NCBI RefSeq assembly: GCF_037042905.1
Contig: NC_087249.1
Location: forward strand, 42,098,001 to 42,162,000
Direction of reading: 5' to 3'
From: Lytechinus pictus
Taxonomy: Eukaryota
DNA length: 64,000 bases
In this document: in pieces, positions 11,666 to 25,390 of the stretch
How positions within the stretch are numbered: the stretch's first letter is position 1
How the letters are laid out: every line of letters begins with the position of its first letter
The notes under the pieces: model-generated
Told to the model about the DNA's origin: nothing
The model's database searches: none
What the model saw: the letters and a program-made list of their open reading frames with translations, nothing else
Translations under genes and position numbers: made by a program

Positions 11666-12466
11666 ACATGTAATAGACAGGAAGCTGGGGCTTATCCCAA
11701 TCGCAGTTAGTAACTGTTTTAGCCTACATTATTGCATGCATCATTTCAACTCACCTCTCAAAACTGGTGATTTGCATTGAAATTTTTAGGTCTATTTCAT
11801 TATGATTTTTTCATAGAACACATGTAACAACGAAAGATTTCTTGGAATTTCCTGCTTTAAAACTGATCTGAATTTTTACTTTAAAAAGTATGAAAATAAA
11901 CAGTTTACTGGGGGCTTTTGGCTCCTTGCTGCAAATTATGCCCTTCACGACCTACAAGTATCAATAAATGGTAGCTGATATATGATCAGAGTTATCAACA
12001 GTTGTGTCGCACATAACATTATGGAACTCTGTCTAAATGTATGTTGCACTTGCCTTGCATTGCCAGCAGGAAGTGCATGAAATAGGCTCTGGTTGATCAA
12101 GTCTATTTAAATGACTACGTAAATGAATTTATTTTTGGTATTGGGGAAAAAAGATAAAATGTCAATTACTAACTAAATACTCTGACTTCGGAACCCTGCT
12201 TTCTGAAACTTTACTAAAAGCAAATGTTTCTAAAAGTAGTTCAGATCACTATAAAATTTACTAAAAAAATACAGTCTATATCCGACTAGTGGCAAAAATC
12301 AACCGTTAATTGTTTGTACATTGTATGATTGAATTTTTACAGACGTGTATCAATCAGATATGATTTTTGTTTAGATCTTGGACTGATCTTGAAACATTGC
12401 CATCTTAAAGATGGAAATAGCTTTGATAACAGGTGCACACTACAATGTGCAATTACTGTATCTATA

Positions 12467-12860
12467 CAATGCGTCCCAGAAAAAAGGAAACCGGGATTCC
12501 CATGTTTTTTTTTCTTCAAAGGCAAATTAATGATGGTATTTAATTTACATAATCATATAATTCAATAATTCCTCTTTATTTTGATACCTAATATGTGACG
12601 AACACTACACGCATTAATGAGCAAAACGAGTTTGAATTTGTAATGTCAAAACCAGGTTGAGCAGAAAAATTGGACAAGTTTGGTTCGCGATACGTCGAAC
12701 GTGCATATTCGACGATTGACTCATTAGCATTTCTTTTGTATTCTTTGTTAGGATTCTCTCGCCTTGTCAAATAGCTACATGTATATCAACTTCAGAAGGC
12801 AAATCATGATAATACACAAATCACATAATTACACACTTATCAGTAACTACCACAGGAAAT
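12467..12860 (+). mobile_element. Truncated Tc1/mariner-like non-autonomous element (left end only)
   Basis: TA|CAATGCGTCCCAGAAAAAAGGAAACC is a TA-CAGTG-type terminus followed by CpG-retaining sequence. The matching right TIR was not found and the right boundary is approximate. Confidence 0.45.
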
Positions 12861-13172
12861 CTGAATTTCAGCAAAAAAAAATCATAGATGCCCCCCCCCA
12901 AAAAAAAAAATGGTGTAAATGTAAGGATTATTTCCAAAGCATCCACAGACATGGACTTCCATATCCTTAGATTAATTGAAAACCTGAGAATCGTTGGATA
13001 AACCAAATTTTAGTACTAGTCCAGAGTTTATAGAGAATGACATTCTGCTTTAGAAGTTTCCTTGTATTTGATAAATATTTGCTCAAAGTACATGTATGTG
13101 TCATTAAAAAACTTCCTCCTGCCAGTGTTACTACAAAGTAGGTAAACCCTAAACTCTACATTATGTAGTAGT

Positions 13173-13353
13173 CAGGGGCCACGGAATGGGTTTTGAAAGT
13201 GAGAAGGCTGAGCCAAAAGTGGGAGGGGGGGTGACCATGCAAAAAATCACAATCAGATGGCAATTTTTATGTTTTAGTTAACGGTTGTGGGAAAAGGGGG
13301 GTGGGGGTGGGCTGAAGCCCCCAGCCCCCCCCCCCCCCGTTTTACGGTCCCTG
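13173..13353. mobile_element. hAT-like MITE
   Basis: Termini CAGGGGCC...GGTCCCTG with a degenerate 8-bp TSD, GTAGTAGT / GTAATCGT (6 of 8 match). Confidence 0.6.
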
Positions 13354-13591
13354 GTAATCGTAGTAGTAGTATTACATTGTAGTATAAGTGGTAGTAGTAG
13401 TACTTAGTTGTTGTTGTAATAGGAGCAGTAGTACTCTTATTGATATTGCATTGTTGTTTTAAAATTAATATTGACAAACTATAGACAGATTCTACAGATC
13501 TTCTACATGTACATGTATTTCTTTATTTCCTTCTTTATTGAAGAAAAAATATTTTCCAAGCATTCTTGGCTTTATTGTATTACAAAATGTA

Positions 13592-14456
13592 GGGGAAGGC
13601 GGGGTAAGTTGAGCATAGGGGCAAGTTGAGCCACCACCCCCAGGCCAATAATGAATGAGTCAGACATTATGGTAGTGTCATGTATTGATGACCCATTACA
13701 TAACCCTTAACCCCACCACATTGTTTTCAACTTTGAAACAAAAAGTACTTTTTTAGAGGGAAAAATACACATTTCAGCCAAAAAAGTAAAAAAGGGTGTG
13801 AAATAGAAAAGTGTTTTTACACACACACGTCTTTACATATGATAAAGACATAAGAACAACATTGTCAGTCCAGGTATGGATCTTCATTCTTGTCACAGTC
13901 TTTTACATGATGGATGTGCATAAGAAATGTGTGGATGCGAAATTATCCCATTAAGTTCGGACTGGGGTAAGTTGAGCCAGCCAACATGGGGAAAGTTGAG
14001 CCATGGTAATTCTTATGGTAATGTAAATAAAAACAAACAAACCTTAAAAAGTCATCAATATGCAGGCAGAAAAGAGCAAATTCACATGACAGTTCTTTTA
14101 CTTTTAGAGAATGTTAGTATTTATAGAGAATTAGCATGTGAAAAGACTTTAAATAAAAAATTGACATGCTGGTTCTTCCCGCATACATTTTGTACATAGT
14201 TTTTGTGGCTCAACTTACCCTACATGTAGAAGATGGCACAACTTACCCCTAAGATGGGGCAAATTGTGCCACTTGACATCGTTTTTTTCAAAGGTCACAA
14301 CGACTTTCAGTGTGGGGGTAGAAAGTTGTATATAGGTGAAAAAGTTTTCACAAGAATCATATTTAAAGGCAAGGTACTTATTTCTACAATATTATTAGTC
14401 ATATCAATTCTATCATGCAAAATGCAAAAAGTTTCACAACTTACCCCGCCTTCCCC
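13592..14456. mobile_element. Non-autonomous TIR DNA transposon, GGGG termini, TA target duplication (Tc1/mariner/pogo-like)
   Basis: Perfect TIR GGGGAAGGCGGGGTAAGTTG / CAACTTACCCCGCCTTCCCC flanked by TA on each side. The internal motif GGGG(T/C/A)AAGTTGAGC is reiterated near 13601, 13619, 13964 and 13988 and inverted near 14207 and 14238. Confidence 0.9.
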
Positions 14457-16232
14457 TACATATATTGTAAAATTGCTTTGAAGAAAATATCAGTTAGAGA
14501 AACATGAATAAAGTATCAGCATGATAAACATGAATGAAGTATGGATTGTATATCAGTAAGATATTTAAAGAAATTCCCAGATTTTTAAAATGAACTTTAT
14601 AATAAGTCATTTCTTTTGTAATTGAAATGCAATATAAAGTTTGAGAAAAAAAAAATGAATTAAAGCTGATATGAAATGAATGTAATGCATGAATAAATTT
14701 AATAAATTAATAAGTTCCAAGTTTCTATATTAAATGAATTAATCAATTACTGAATGAATAAACAATTGTGAAATATACATGTATATCAGCAAAATAAAAA
14801 ATGATATTGCATTATATAGTAATTTGTCAACAAAATGCAATAATTAGTATTTAACAAATAGTATGTGTTCACAAATTAAATATACATGTAGTACTAATGA
14901 TAATATAGTGCTATGTGTATGTTGCAATGCACATACAAGTAATGCAATTTCTCTCAATTTTAGAGATTGGTTTTGTTGAATAAACATGCCCTTTGATCTC
15001 TTCAAACTGCTTTGTATTTTGAAATTTATGATTATTTTTTCTGTTCTTTCCTTGTCGTTTCAAATACATCACTTGACATTTTACCTTCTGCCTGCTCAGA
15101 GCTCAGATACTCTACATGCTTCAAGAATAGGAAATACCTCTCTCAAAATATGACCAGAAACTATTAGAAACATTTTTGTTGGAAATATATCTTTACTCTT
15201 GATTAAACTCACCAGACTTGAAAGTAAAAAAAGGATGTGCTCTGTAAACAGAGACTCCAAATACTATACACTGTAGCTCCACCAGTAGTATCCAACTTGA
15301 AAAGGAAAAGCCTCAGATTTTTTTTTTTTGAGCTGGATTTGAAATTTTCCACTGTGTGCTTGCCGACCACTTGCCAGACATTATATTAAAATTCATTCTC
15401 TGTGTACTCATCATATACTTGTATGTATTTTCAATTACTAATATTGCAATGCAATATGAGAAAATTACCCATTTGGATTCACGGCAAAGACAAGCTTGGT
15501 CTTGTTCTGGATCGAAAGGCGCCCTTTGAGCCCTTCCGACTTTGATGATTTTGTGTTCCCCCCTCGTTTTCTCTCTCTCCTTCATTCCTACCCATTCACA
15601 AGGCCTATGTAACTCTCCTCCCCGGCAAACCGTCGCCGTCCCCAGTCACAGGGTATATTGTTTACATATTTGACTTTATTGGTCTCAAGCGACACACTAT
15701 TCTGTATTCATACCTCAGTATTGTCCTCAAACGTGTTCAACAGTAATTGTTCCAATTGTCTGCTTTAGTTGTACTGGGAATGCCCTATTCTTGATTTTGC
15801 AATTGTATACATTAAGCATTCACTTGTGTTTTTCAGGTCTTTATTCCATGTACACTTTCATTCATGTTGGTGTAAAGGTATTCCCCAGTCAGGGTTCCCC
15901 TCTTAGCTTACGTTTCTCTGTTTTATGATGACAAACTTTGTTGCTATGACAGTTTTTTGTGGTAGGTGCTAAATGTACACCGGTGAAGTCACCTGTGTCT
16001 GAACTGTACTTGAACATGTGCTGCCCTCCATGCATGTAACCTGCCTTGAGATTACCAATTTCAGACAAATATACTGTATTTAAAAGCTGACATTTCTCTG
16101 TGTTAACTTTATGTCGTATACCTAATTAAGCAAGTCCAACTCTGATTAAAAAATGTCTGCTTTTTGCCTTTCCCATATACATTTTACCTGACCATGAAAA
16201 CAAGACTAAATTCATGAGTATGCATGTTTTAA

Positions 16233-16470
16233 CCCTTTGCACGCTGATTTTGCAATTTTGCACATTTGTACAATTAAATCCAACAATCTAAATAATTAGT
16301 TTTCTCCCCTAACTTCACATTAGAGAAGCTAATAAATGGCAAAAGTTCTTGGACAACATCTATAATAATCATTAGTATCAATTGTTCAAATGAAAATCTT
16401 GAATCAAAGAAAATAACATGGAAACAATTGTCATTATTTTCCCCCAAAGTTGATTTCAGTGTGCAAAGAG
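16233..16470. mobile_element. piggyBac-like MITE
   Basis: TTAA|CCCTTTGCACGCTGA ... TCAGTGTGCAAAGAG|TTAA: TTAA TSD and CCC-type terminus. Confidence 0.75.
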
Positions 16471-17644
16471 TTAACTAGTGAATATGCAAAATGAGTGAAA
16501 AATAGATAACTGTTGTACATGTTGAGGATATACAATGCAATGCAGACTCATGTAACAAATCATTTATGTAATTACATGTGGGATTAAAGGCATTTTGAAT
16601 TTTGTTGTTAAAAAGCTTTATTTTTAGAATTAGTTGTGACGGATGTCTGCATACTTGTGCAAGGACTCTCATTGAAATGGTAGCATATCTTTCAATTATT
16701 GACTTAAGATAAATATTCAAATAAAATATGGGAAGTTCTTGGCATGTATGTGCAGTGCATCCAGCATATTTGTAGGAACATATTGTTGATTATTAAATTT
16801 ATCAAATTCCTCTTTATGATTTAGGCTACAAGTTTAATCCAAAGTACAAATATATTGACTTAAATTTGTTGTATTTGCATAGTATTCCAGACAAAGTAAA
16901 TCAGCCTCATGAAAAGAGCACATTTTCATTAGCCAGCCTCTTAGTTGAAAGATCAAATAGAATGCAACTCTCCAGTAAGAGTTTCTGTGAAAGCATTTTG
17001 AGAATTCATATAAAAGTCTAATTGCAGAGGATTTGCTTTATCTAATTCTCCAATTTACCCACTTAAAGTACAAATAATGTTCCGCTTTTATCGCTACATT
17101 TATCCTTCATCTTCTTCATTGAACGATGAACTCCGTGACCTTTTCATCTTTTGCGATTGAAGTCTGGTCTAGCTAACTATGAGAAAATTGGATTGGAGGA
17201 AAAAGTACATATGTCGAAGTATAATAATGGTAGAGATTGTTTAAAGAGGAGGGAGAGTACACAGCAATAAAATGTGTTTAAGATTAGAGTGAATTACCTA
17301 AAATAGGGAACCCCCTGCCATCTTGGCCACACCATACAGTGAGAGTTCAACCTAAAATAGTTTACTTTTTGTTTTAATTGTGCCTTCTCTGTTAAAATCT
17401 GAAAACACAAGGAGGAATTGAGTCAAGGAGATGGAGTGAGTTAGATGCGTTCCCATTAGCCCCTAAACATGCTCAACTTTGAGGTAGCGGGAGTGATTTT
17501 CATCTGTACCCATTTCAAAATTAAAAAGTATGTAGTTTTCAAGACTCCAACTTTTACCATGCAGTCCTTTTAGGATCTAGAAAAAAAACAGCACCAGGGC
17601 ATTTCAGGGCAAAGGCTTAATAAATTTTGCCCCTTCTAACATTA

Positions 17645-17774
17645 GGGGAGCAATTAATGAAACAAACAGTGGTTTTTCAATATTTGTTACAAGCAACTGA
17701 AATCTTTGCATCTGATTGGCTCAGAGCAAGATTATGAGTGAAGAATTACTATTCGTGTTATGAAATGCTTCCCC
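17645..17774. mobile_element. Degenerate ~130-bp MITE (GGGGAGC...ATGAAA family; second copy at 54165-54303)
   Basis: GGGGAGCAATTAATGAAAC ... GTTATGAAATGCTTCCCC. The core TGAAATC(T/C)TT...CTGATTGGC is shared with 54165-54303. Confidence 0.55.
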
Positions 17775-18559
17775 GGTCTTTCATAGCCATCTCTGCAGTG
17801 GTTTAGAACACCATCTTTATTTCATTATTTTGTTGTGTACCTTTTCCCCTATTTATGCCCTAGGTATTGAGCATGTTTTTCAAGACACATGTATATCCAT
17901 TGCCTGCCATAGAAAACCTTCAGGTGCTTTGTCAAAAGTGTATTCTCTTTCAATGTTTGCAAAGATGTCCCTCTTTGCTTGAGATAAAAGTCTGAAGCAA
18001 CACTCCTTTGCATCTGTATTGTAAGTTAAAAACTTAGCTTATAAAGGTACATGTATCTTGTGCATAATCTTATGCTTAAAAAGAAAATCATCTCGGGGTC
18101 AGCGTAACCAACTGTTTTGTCAATGTGTGGGACAATGAGAACGGGCCTGGAGAGCTTGTAGCACATACAGGAGCTGGCATTGAAGTCCTTTGGTCTTCCC
18201 ACTGTTTTCCAAGATCCCCGCTTCCCATAAGCCTAGAAGCACGATGTAATGGTCCCTCTGATGCAAAACTAGTCGGGACCCCTGCCGGTACAATTTGTAT
18301 CCCAATCTTGTGCCTGTCCCCAACCCTTCATGTATCTAGGGAATAGTTAGTTCTCACTTCACTGATATACATAAACCATGTTTAAAAGTACCTTGAATAC
18401 TTTTATCATGTTTAAAAATTCCCTGTGTATTTCTAAATCACATTTAGTGCTAAAAATCATGACCTGATTGGTTTTAGATAATCTTAAAATTATTAATTTC
18501 AAAGTTTGATATTATTTACAGGTAAAAAGTACTTCACATCTTAAAATATGCAAGATACA

Positions 18560-19440
18560 ATGTGATACAATGTACAGTCTGAAATATGATGATGAAATTG
18601 ACAATTAAGATATCTAAAGTGAAACCCCCAAAAGTAGTAATTTTCTTATTTTCTCTTTTTGCTGTATCAAACCAGGGATTGGTCTTATGCAAGATATATA
18701 CTTCCTATGTAAGTGTATTTGATTATGATATTTTTATCATATCAAGTCCTTTTACGCCTTTTGGACCCCATGCGCGCGCCAATGCTCAGCGGCGCTTGCA
18801 CAGTCGCACAAGCGCAGCCCGGCTAGCGCTAGGGCTATATGCTAGGGCACGGCGGCCGTGGCCCCTGCCTGCTGCACTGCATGCACTGCGCTGTCTATGG
18901 TGATATGCATTTTAGGTACAGTATGCGCCCGGCCCGAATATGACAACTTTTGCCATTGGCCTGTGGTCTGACACATGTTTATTTAAAGCTAAAACGCGAA
19001 CGCGAAGTTTGACCAATGAACATCATTCTTACATGTACATCATCGTAAAGCTTAGAGAAAACTGCACAATGACTCATGGAAACTAAGCTGTAAGATACTA
19101 TCAAGCGAAATTGGATCGAGTGGGAAATCGTTTGTGGTGACATAAAGTAGGATTTTACGTTGAGTTTCATCCTATTTTTGATATGAAAGGGGTGTTTTTT
19201 ACCCCAAAACGCGAATGTAATTAACATCTTTGCAAAAATTTCAATTATTTAATGGAAATAATATGGGATATCATCAGCATTATATCATTGAAACTAAGGA
19301 TAAAAGTGGGAACTTTTTTCAGGAATGACAAAATTGTTAACAAAACATGAAATTTCCAATGGTATTTCCATCTAGAGTGGTAGACACTCGCGGAAAGCAC
19401 GCGCAGTTAGTGTCCCATAGGATTCGATATGGGGCACAGA
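18560..19440. mobile_element. Probable non-autonomous DNA transposon remnant with a GC/CpG-rich core
   Basis: Abrupt CpG-rich block (18770-18940, 18990-19130, 19385-19440) inside a CpG-poor intron. Termini were not resolved, so boundaries are approximate. Confidence 0.3.
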
Positions 19441-22400
19441 ATAATGACAACAGCTATTTACTCAGAATTTTTTTTTGTTTTTGTTTTAAACTGTAGTCTA
19501 CATTCTAAATACGTAATAGTGGTAATGATAATAATAATTTCTTATTGTGTGCCTTTTTGAAAGCTACAAAGTGCTATACAAAATGACAAGAACAAATACA
19601 ACAATTGCTAAAAAGTGACTGAAAATAAAACCACACTGCTTGAAGCACTACAAACAAATGACACTTGGGCATACATGTACATCTCTGCCTCTGCCTCAGT
19701 CATTAGATTCAGGACTGCAAAGCTTCATTCAAGTTCATCATTCCTACTTTCCTCTCCCCCCCCCCCCAGGAGATTTGAAAGAATGGTCACCTTCTAAACT
19801 TTAGAAACAATGCTGGGTAAAACCGCAAAAAAACCTGCAAAGGACTCCTCTCCTGGCAGGGGTGACCAAAAAACCTTGTTGGAAATCTTGGTTGTTCCAG
19901 AAAGATGAAGAGATATTTCATTCTTCATTAGTTTGGTAATTATATAATTATTATAATGACTAATTTCTCTTGTTTAAATACAAATCTGATTATAGGGAGA
20001 ATTTTTGATTAAAACTACATTGTATGTATAAAGGGGAGGGGGTTGGCATAAATGAAATTTGGATACTGGATTAACTACTCCTCCCCTCTTTGTGATCCAA
20101 TATTGTAAAAAAAAAAGTTAAACATTGATATCTTAACTGTCTTTCATAATTTTTGTCTGACATTAAATTCTTATTTTTCAAACCTAATTGGTAAGTTGAA
20201 AATGGAAAGAGGTGTATAATGTGTACATAGACCCATGGATACACATAAATGTAGGCCCTATAGTGTACGCACATGTCCATGAACGTATCATTTTCTGTAG
20301 AAATTGGTTTTGGAAATCCATCTTTGAAGTGAAGGTTTAGTGCTTGAACTTTTAACTTTCTGGAGCAGCCATGCAGTGTTTATTGTCCAAGTTCACTACA
20401 AAGACTATTTAAACAAAGTCCAGTTTAGAATGGTTCCTTTCTGGGATGATAGAACAATTGATGTAATATGCAAGTGTTCCTTTGTCAAGTAGTTTATTAC
20501 TTATTGTATACAAGGAATAAATTGTACTGGATGACAAGAACTTGTGCACAACAATGTCATTATTGACCCTTTTGTGTGTTGGCGTGTGAGTCATTGAAAT
20601 ATTAGATTGGTCTATATTTATCAGTGAAATAAATTGAAAGAATTTAGGTGATGATTTCACAATACTTGCCTATTATTGATGCAGTATTTACCCCTGTTTC
20701 TCTCTCAGAGAGGTGTTATTCCCTCAAAATTATTTTTTGGGGGGTTTTCAACTCTATATAATAAGAGCACAGTATTACAATAACAAGAACTTGCATGTAT
20801 ATGATTAAAAAAAAATTAAAAAAAATGTCCTGCTTTTCTTTTTGAATAAAATTTGATTGAAAAAGGATAAGGTGATGAATGATAATAATTATGTCATAGA
20901 GTGCCATATCAACTATGTAGAGTGCTCAATTCAGATAAAGTTAATAGAAAGAGTTTTGGAACATTTTTTAGGGACTTTACATTGAGTTTCAATTGTTTCA
21001 TGTCTTGTAGAAGTCTATTACACAGTGTGGGGCAAGCATGTGCAAAGGATCTTTCCCTCCAAATATGACAACAACCAGAAATTTATAATTCTTAATCAAA
21101 ACAAAGAAACTATTCTCATATTTTTTTTTAAAATAAAAAATGACTGGTGGGCAAACACCAGAACTTGACATCTTTGATTAGTTATTGGCTGCTCAGAAAG
21201 GTCTTGATGAGTGAGTTACCATGTTGAATAAGTTACCCATCATCGGGTAATACAAGACTTTAAGTAAGGACTCTAAACCACTCTTGGGATAATCTCAGAA
21301 TTAAAAACCTCTTTCTTTGATCCCCAAGCTTTCTCTACATCATCCCTACCACCATCTGAATCATCTAGTAGATCATCTCAAACTTTTTTCTTTCCTGATC
21401 AATAAGGACCCAAATTAAATCATTAGAAGATAATGCTGGCTAAATGAAGTCATCCAGTTGGTGAATTCAGCACACTTAATGATCATTGATTTACCCTTGA
21501 ATAGGATACATGGACCCACCATCCATGACGAAAATATTTATTTCACAAGTAGTTCATTACATTGATTTTTTTGACATCGTAAGCTGCTTGCAAGCTTGAG
21601 CTGTATGCATGGACATGGAAGGGGATAAAATTATTCGCTCTTATGGTAAATAATGGACATGATTACCTTAATCAGTTAAGATAATTGAAAAGAAGTCAAG
21701 TTCTCCTGCAGCAAAAGCTGTGAAGTCAGCCTGCCTTTGTTGTATACCCTGCGGCTTTTCCTTTGCTACTCTTAAGGACATGGGTCTTAACAGCTTAATT
21801 AACAGTCTTCAACCCCTGTAGGAGAAACATAATGGATTGATTGCCCTCCTGCGGTTTAATACTTACGAGCTTATAATCCATCCACAATGAAGTCCTGATT
21901 GACTCCAATGCATGAAATACCTCTACTTTGATCTGGTATTATCAAGATAATTAAATGCAACAAGGGACCTACATCATATACCTGAAGCAAAAAAATATAA
22001 TAAGAGGAAGAAAAACAATCCTTCTCAAACCTAGCTGTAAAAATATTTTCTGATATTCATCAATATTTCAAGACCGCGAGTATACCCCACATGTACATGT
22101 TAACCCAGGAAAGAAAAATATATGAAACATACAGTATAAATTTGATTGGTGATATTCCATTTGGTATTATTTTGGGAAATGATGCATACCTGCTATCAAA
22201 GTACATTTGTAAGTGCAAATGCTCTGGAATGTCAACAGGCGTGAAAAATAACTTGGGTATATTAAAATATTATAAGTGGAATTTGTACCAAAATTCTGTC
22301 ATAATTTCATCATACTCTATATAAAGACACATGTTTCAAAGTTTCTCCTCAAGGTGTAATATACTTTCTGATATTACAACATACTCTATGAACGTTGAAT

Positions 22401-23945
22401 AGTTTCTCTGTATGACTAATCCTATTCCAACCAAAGAATAGGCCTACATACTGAATCATGCAGATTCTACTGCGATAATATATTTCCAAGTAATGTATGA
22501 ATGAAGGAAACATATTCTTTTAACAAACTAGAGACCTAAGTTTCAATAACTATTTTAGCTTTGCCTAATATTCCAGACCACCATTTTACCAAACTTTCCC
22601 TGACTTGTAGGTACATGTATGTATGCCTTTTTTGGTGTGTAGTTTGAGAACAATTCATCTCTGAGCTCAACAAAGTGGCTCTTTTCACTAACCTGTTAAA
22701 TGGGATAATCTGCTTTTAAGTTTAATCTCATTCATTTATTCATGACAATAGAAGGGTGCTTCAAGCATGGAGATATCCAGCTTGCTTGGACTATTGCAAC
22801 TGTTTTGCCAACAAAAGAATGGATTAATAGTAAGAAGCATGCTTAGTGTTTTGTAATTAACGCTGGAATTGTATTACAGGAGTAAAGAATGAGAAAGTAA
22901 TCTGGTATGATGATCTGACAAGATTAAGCAAATTTGGTATATAGCAACAATGAAACTAAATTTTTGTCTCATTTTTAAAGGAAAAAAAAAACCCTCACCA
23001 ACTTTCACTTGATATAGCCTAGGCTTGTTCCTAAAAGTTAAGGAATAAATCTAATGAAAACTTGTGAGATTTCAACAGAGTGAAAAGTCAATCTTGTTTT
23101 GTTTTTGCGATAGAGGATCTTGTTTGTTGATGCAAAGTTGTAGGTCTCGGTGCAAATTTTCTGTTTCATATACCTCTGTACACGTAGGCCTACCGAGCTA
23201 CATACAGATTGTGACTCTTGCCTTGAATGGAAGGAGAGCTCTTGAGCGGCTCAAGATGTATAACCGAGCTACATACCTGTATGCTTGTCCATGTACAGTT
23301 TGTCTGGACACCAACCCTGTTCCTTATACGTTTACATGTATGCTGTCAGTGGGTTGAATGACCCAGAATTAAAAATCGCCAAGGATGACAATTGACAAAG
23401 TATAGCTCATAAATACAGGACAATTTGTCACCAGTCGAAGTAGAAGTGATTTTTCTAGAACTCTGAGAATACCGTCGTCGATCATGGTCCATTGAACAAC
23501 AAACAGAGCCGAGAAGGAAAAGCCTGATAGATGGTGACTAACTCCTTTCAAATTTTGCTCAAAACTTTTACACAAAGTTTCATTGACTTCTGCCTAGTCT
23601 CCAACCAGACCTTGGGGAAAGAATGAAAAGTGGTTGAAAAGGGGAGGAGAGGGGCGGAGCGAGGAGAGGATTTGAAGTAATGATGATCTGATCCATGGTT
23701 CGTGACATGCCATGTCATTTATATCTCAAGACAGAATTCCGTCAAACTTGTATGCATCAATTTCACTTTGCCTTTATGCTTATACATATCTATGGTATGT
23801 GTGAATGTGTAAATTGTGCCAGGTTGACACAGAGTTTGTCATTTTCTGAATAGATTTTGGAAAAAATATCATTGGCTGCCATCTACATGTATCCCTCCTG
23901 AACCCCACCCCAAGCAAGCAAACACAAAAATACACTCAGTACAGT

Positions 23946-24306
23946 AGGTGGTTCCCAACCATCTCAGTCTCATGAATCCCCATTGAATTTTTGCATTCAC
24001 ACTTCCCCGAAACATACCTTTCGCAGAAAGTTTTCAAAATTACGAGCATGTGCTGTTATGGTCTGATAGGCAAGCAAGGCGTGTGATTCAACTACACGCT
24101 GGGCTAAGAAAGTTCCTGTAATTTGCTTTCACACTGCCCAAATACCTGCAACCTAGGATGTATACCTGCGAAAGTTCTCGTAATTTTGTAGGTACATGTA
24201 CCTACTATTTAGCGGGTATTTTCTTTCGGGGAGATTACGCGTAGTTTGCTTTAACACTGCCAAAATACCTGGAACTGACGACCTTCAAGGAGGTTTGAAA
24301 CCACCT
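23946..24306 (+). mobile_element. MITE family A, copy 1 (PIF/Harbinger-like)
   Basis: Termini AGGTGGTTCCCAACC / GGTTTGAAACCACCT with reiterated TTCACACT motifs. Aligns along its length with 24899-25390. Confidence 0.8.
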
Positions 24307-24898
24307 TGTATTCACTCTCCTGGGCATACATAAGTTTCTGACATTATTGGGCATCTACATGTACATTTGCAACATTATGCTCATTCATTTAGCATTTCTG
24401 TTTTATTTATAAACGGGGTGTTTGTTTATACAAGTTGTTAATTTCATTTAAATTTGAAGTAATAAATACTTGAAATTGAAAATAATTGTGAAACTTTTTT
24501 TTATAGTTCTCAATAAAATCTGTATGGGAAGGATGGGAAGAAAAAAAGACCTCTGATATTTTTTTGGAAACCATGTCATTTGTGTGAATTACAGATTAGA
24601 ATATATATTTTAAAAGTGTTTTATAAGAATTCTTGTGCATGAATATGATTATGTAATCTTCATTCGTAAATTTAAAGGGGCTAAAACACTAATAAAAAAG
24701 GGATTATGGATTATGCATGATTTTCCAAATTTGATACATGTATCTAACAACTTCAAGAAAAGTCTTTATGCTAGCAGTTTTTAGTTATCATTTTCATATC
24801 ATTGGACATTTTAAGGATTTATGAATGAGCATCCTTTTACTGGAATCTTTCAGAGCTGGGTACCAATACCTACAAAGAAAAATAACCAATTACCAAAT

Positions 24899-25390
24899 AG
24901 GTGGTTTTCAACTACCTCAATCACAAGAATCCCCATTTATTTTGGAGAGCTTTTAAAAAAATACCCAATAATTATCCCTGCATTCACACCACGGTCCCGA
25001 AACATACCTTTCTGGGAAAGTTCTTGAAGTTACGAGTACATGTATGTGCAGTATGGTCTGATAAGCAGGCAAGGCGCGAGATTCAAAATCGCTAGCTCAG
25101 CAGCCACCCACGGTGCCCGCACCCAACTATACACTTGGCTAAGAAAGTTTCCGTAATTTCCTGTAATTTATAACCTGCAACCTTGGACATATCCCTGCGA
25201 AACTTCTTGTTATATTTACAATTACCTACTATTCAGCAGGTATTTTCTTTCGGGGATAGTAGGCCTACACGTAATTTGCTTTCACACTGCCAAAATTTCC
25301 TGGTATTTTCTGATTGGGGTAGATAAGGGTAAACTTTCCGATCAGAAAATACCTGGAACTGATGAACTTCGAGGCAGGCTGAAACCACTT
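24899..25390 (+). mobile_element. MITE family A, copy 2
   Basis: AGGTGGTTTTCAAC ... GGCTGAAACCACTT. Shares CCCGAAACATACCTTTC, TATGGTCTGATA, GGCTAAGAAAGTT and AAAATACCTGGAACTGA with copy 1. Confidence 0.8.
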
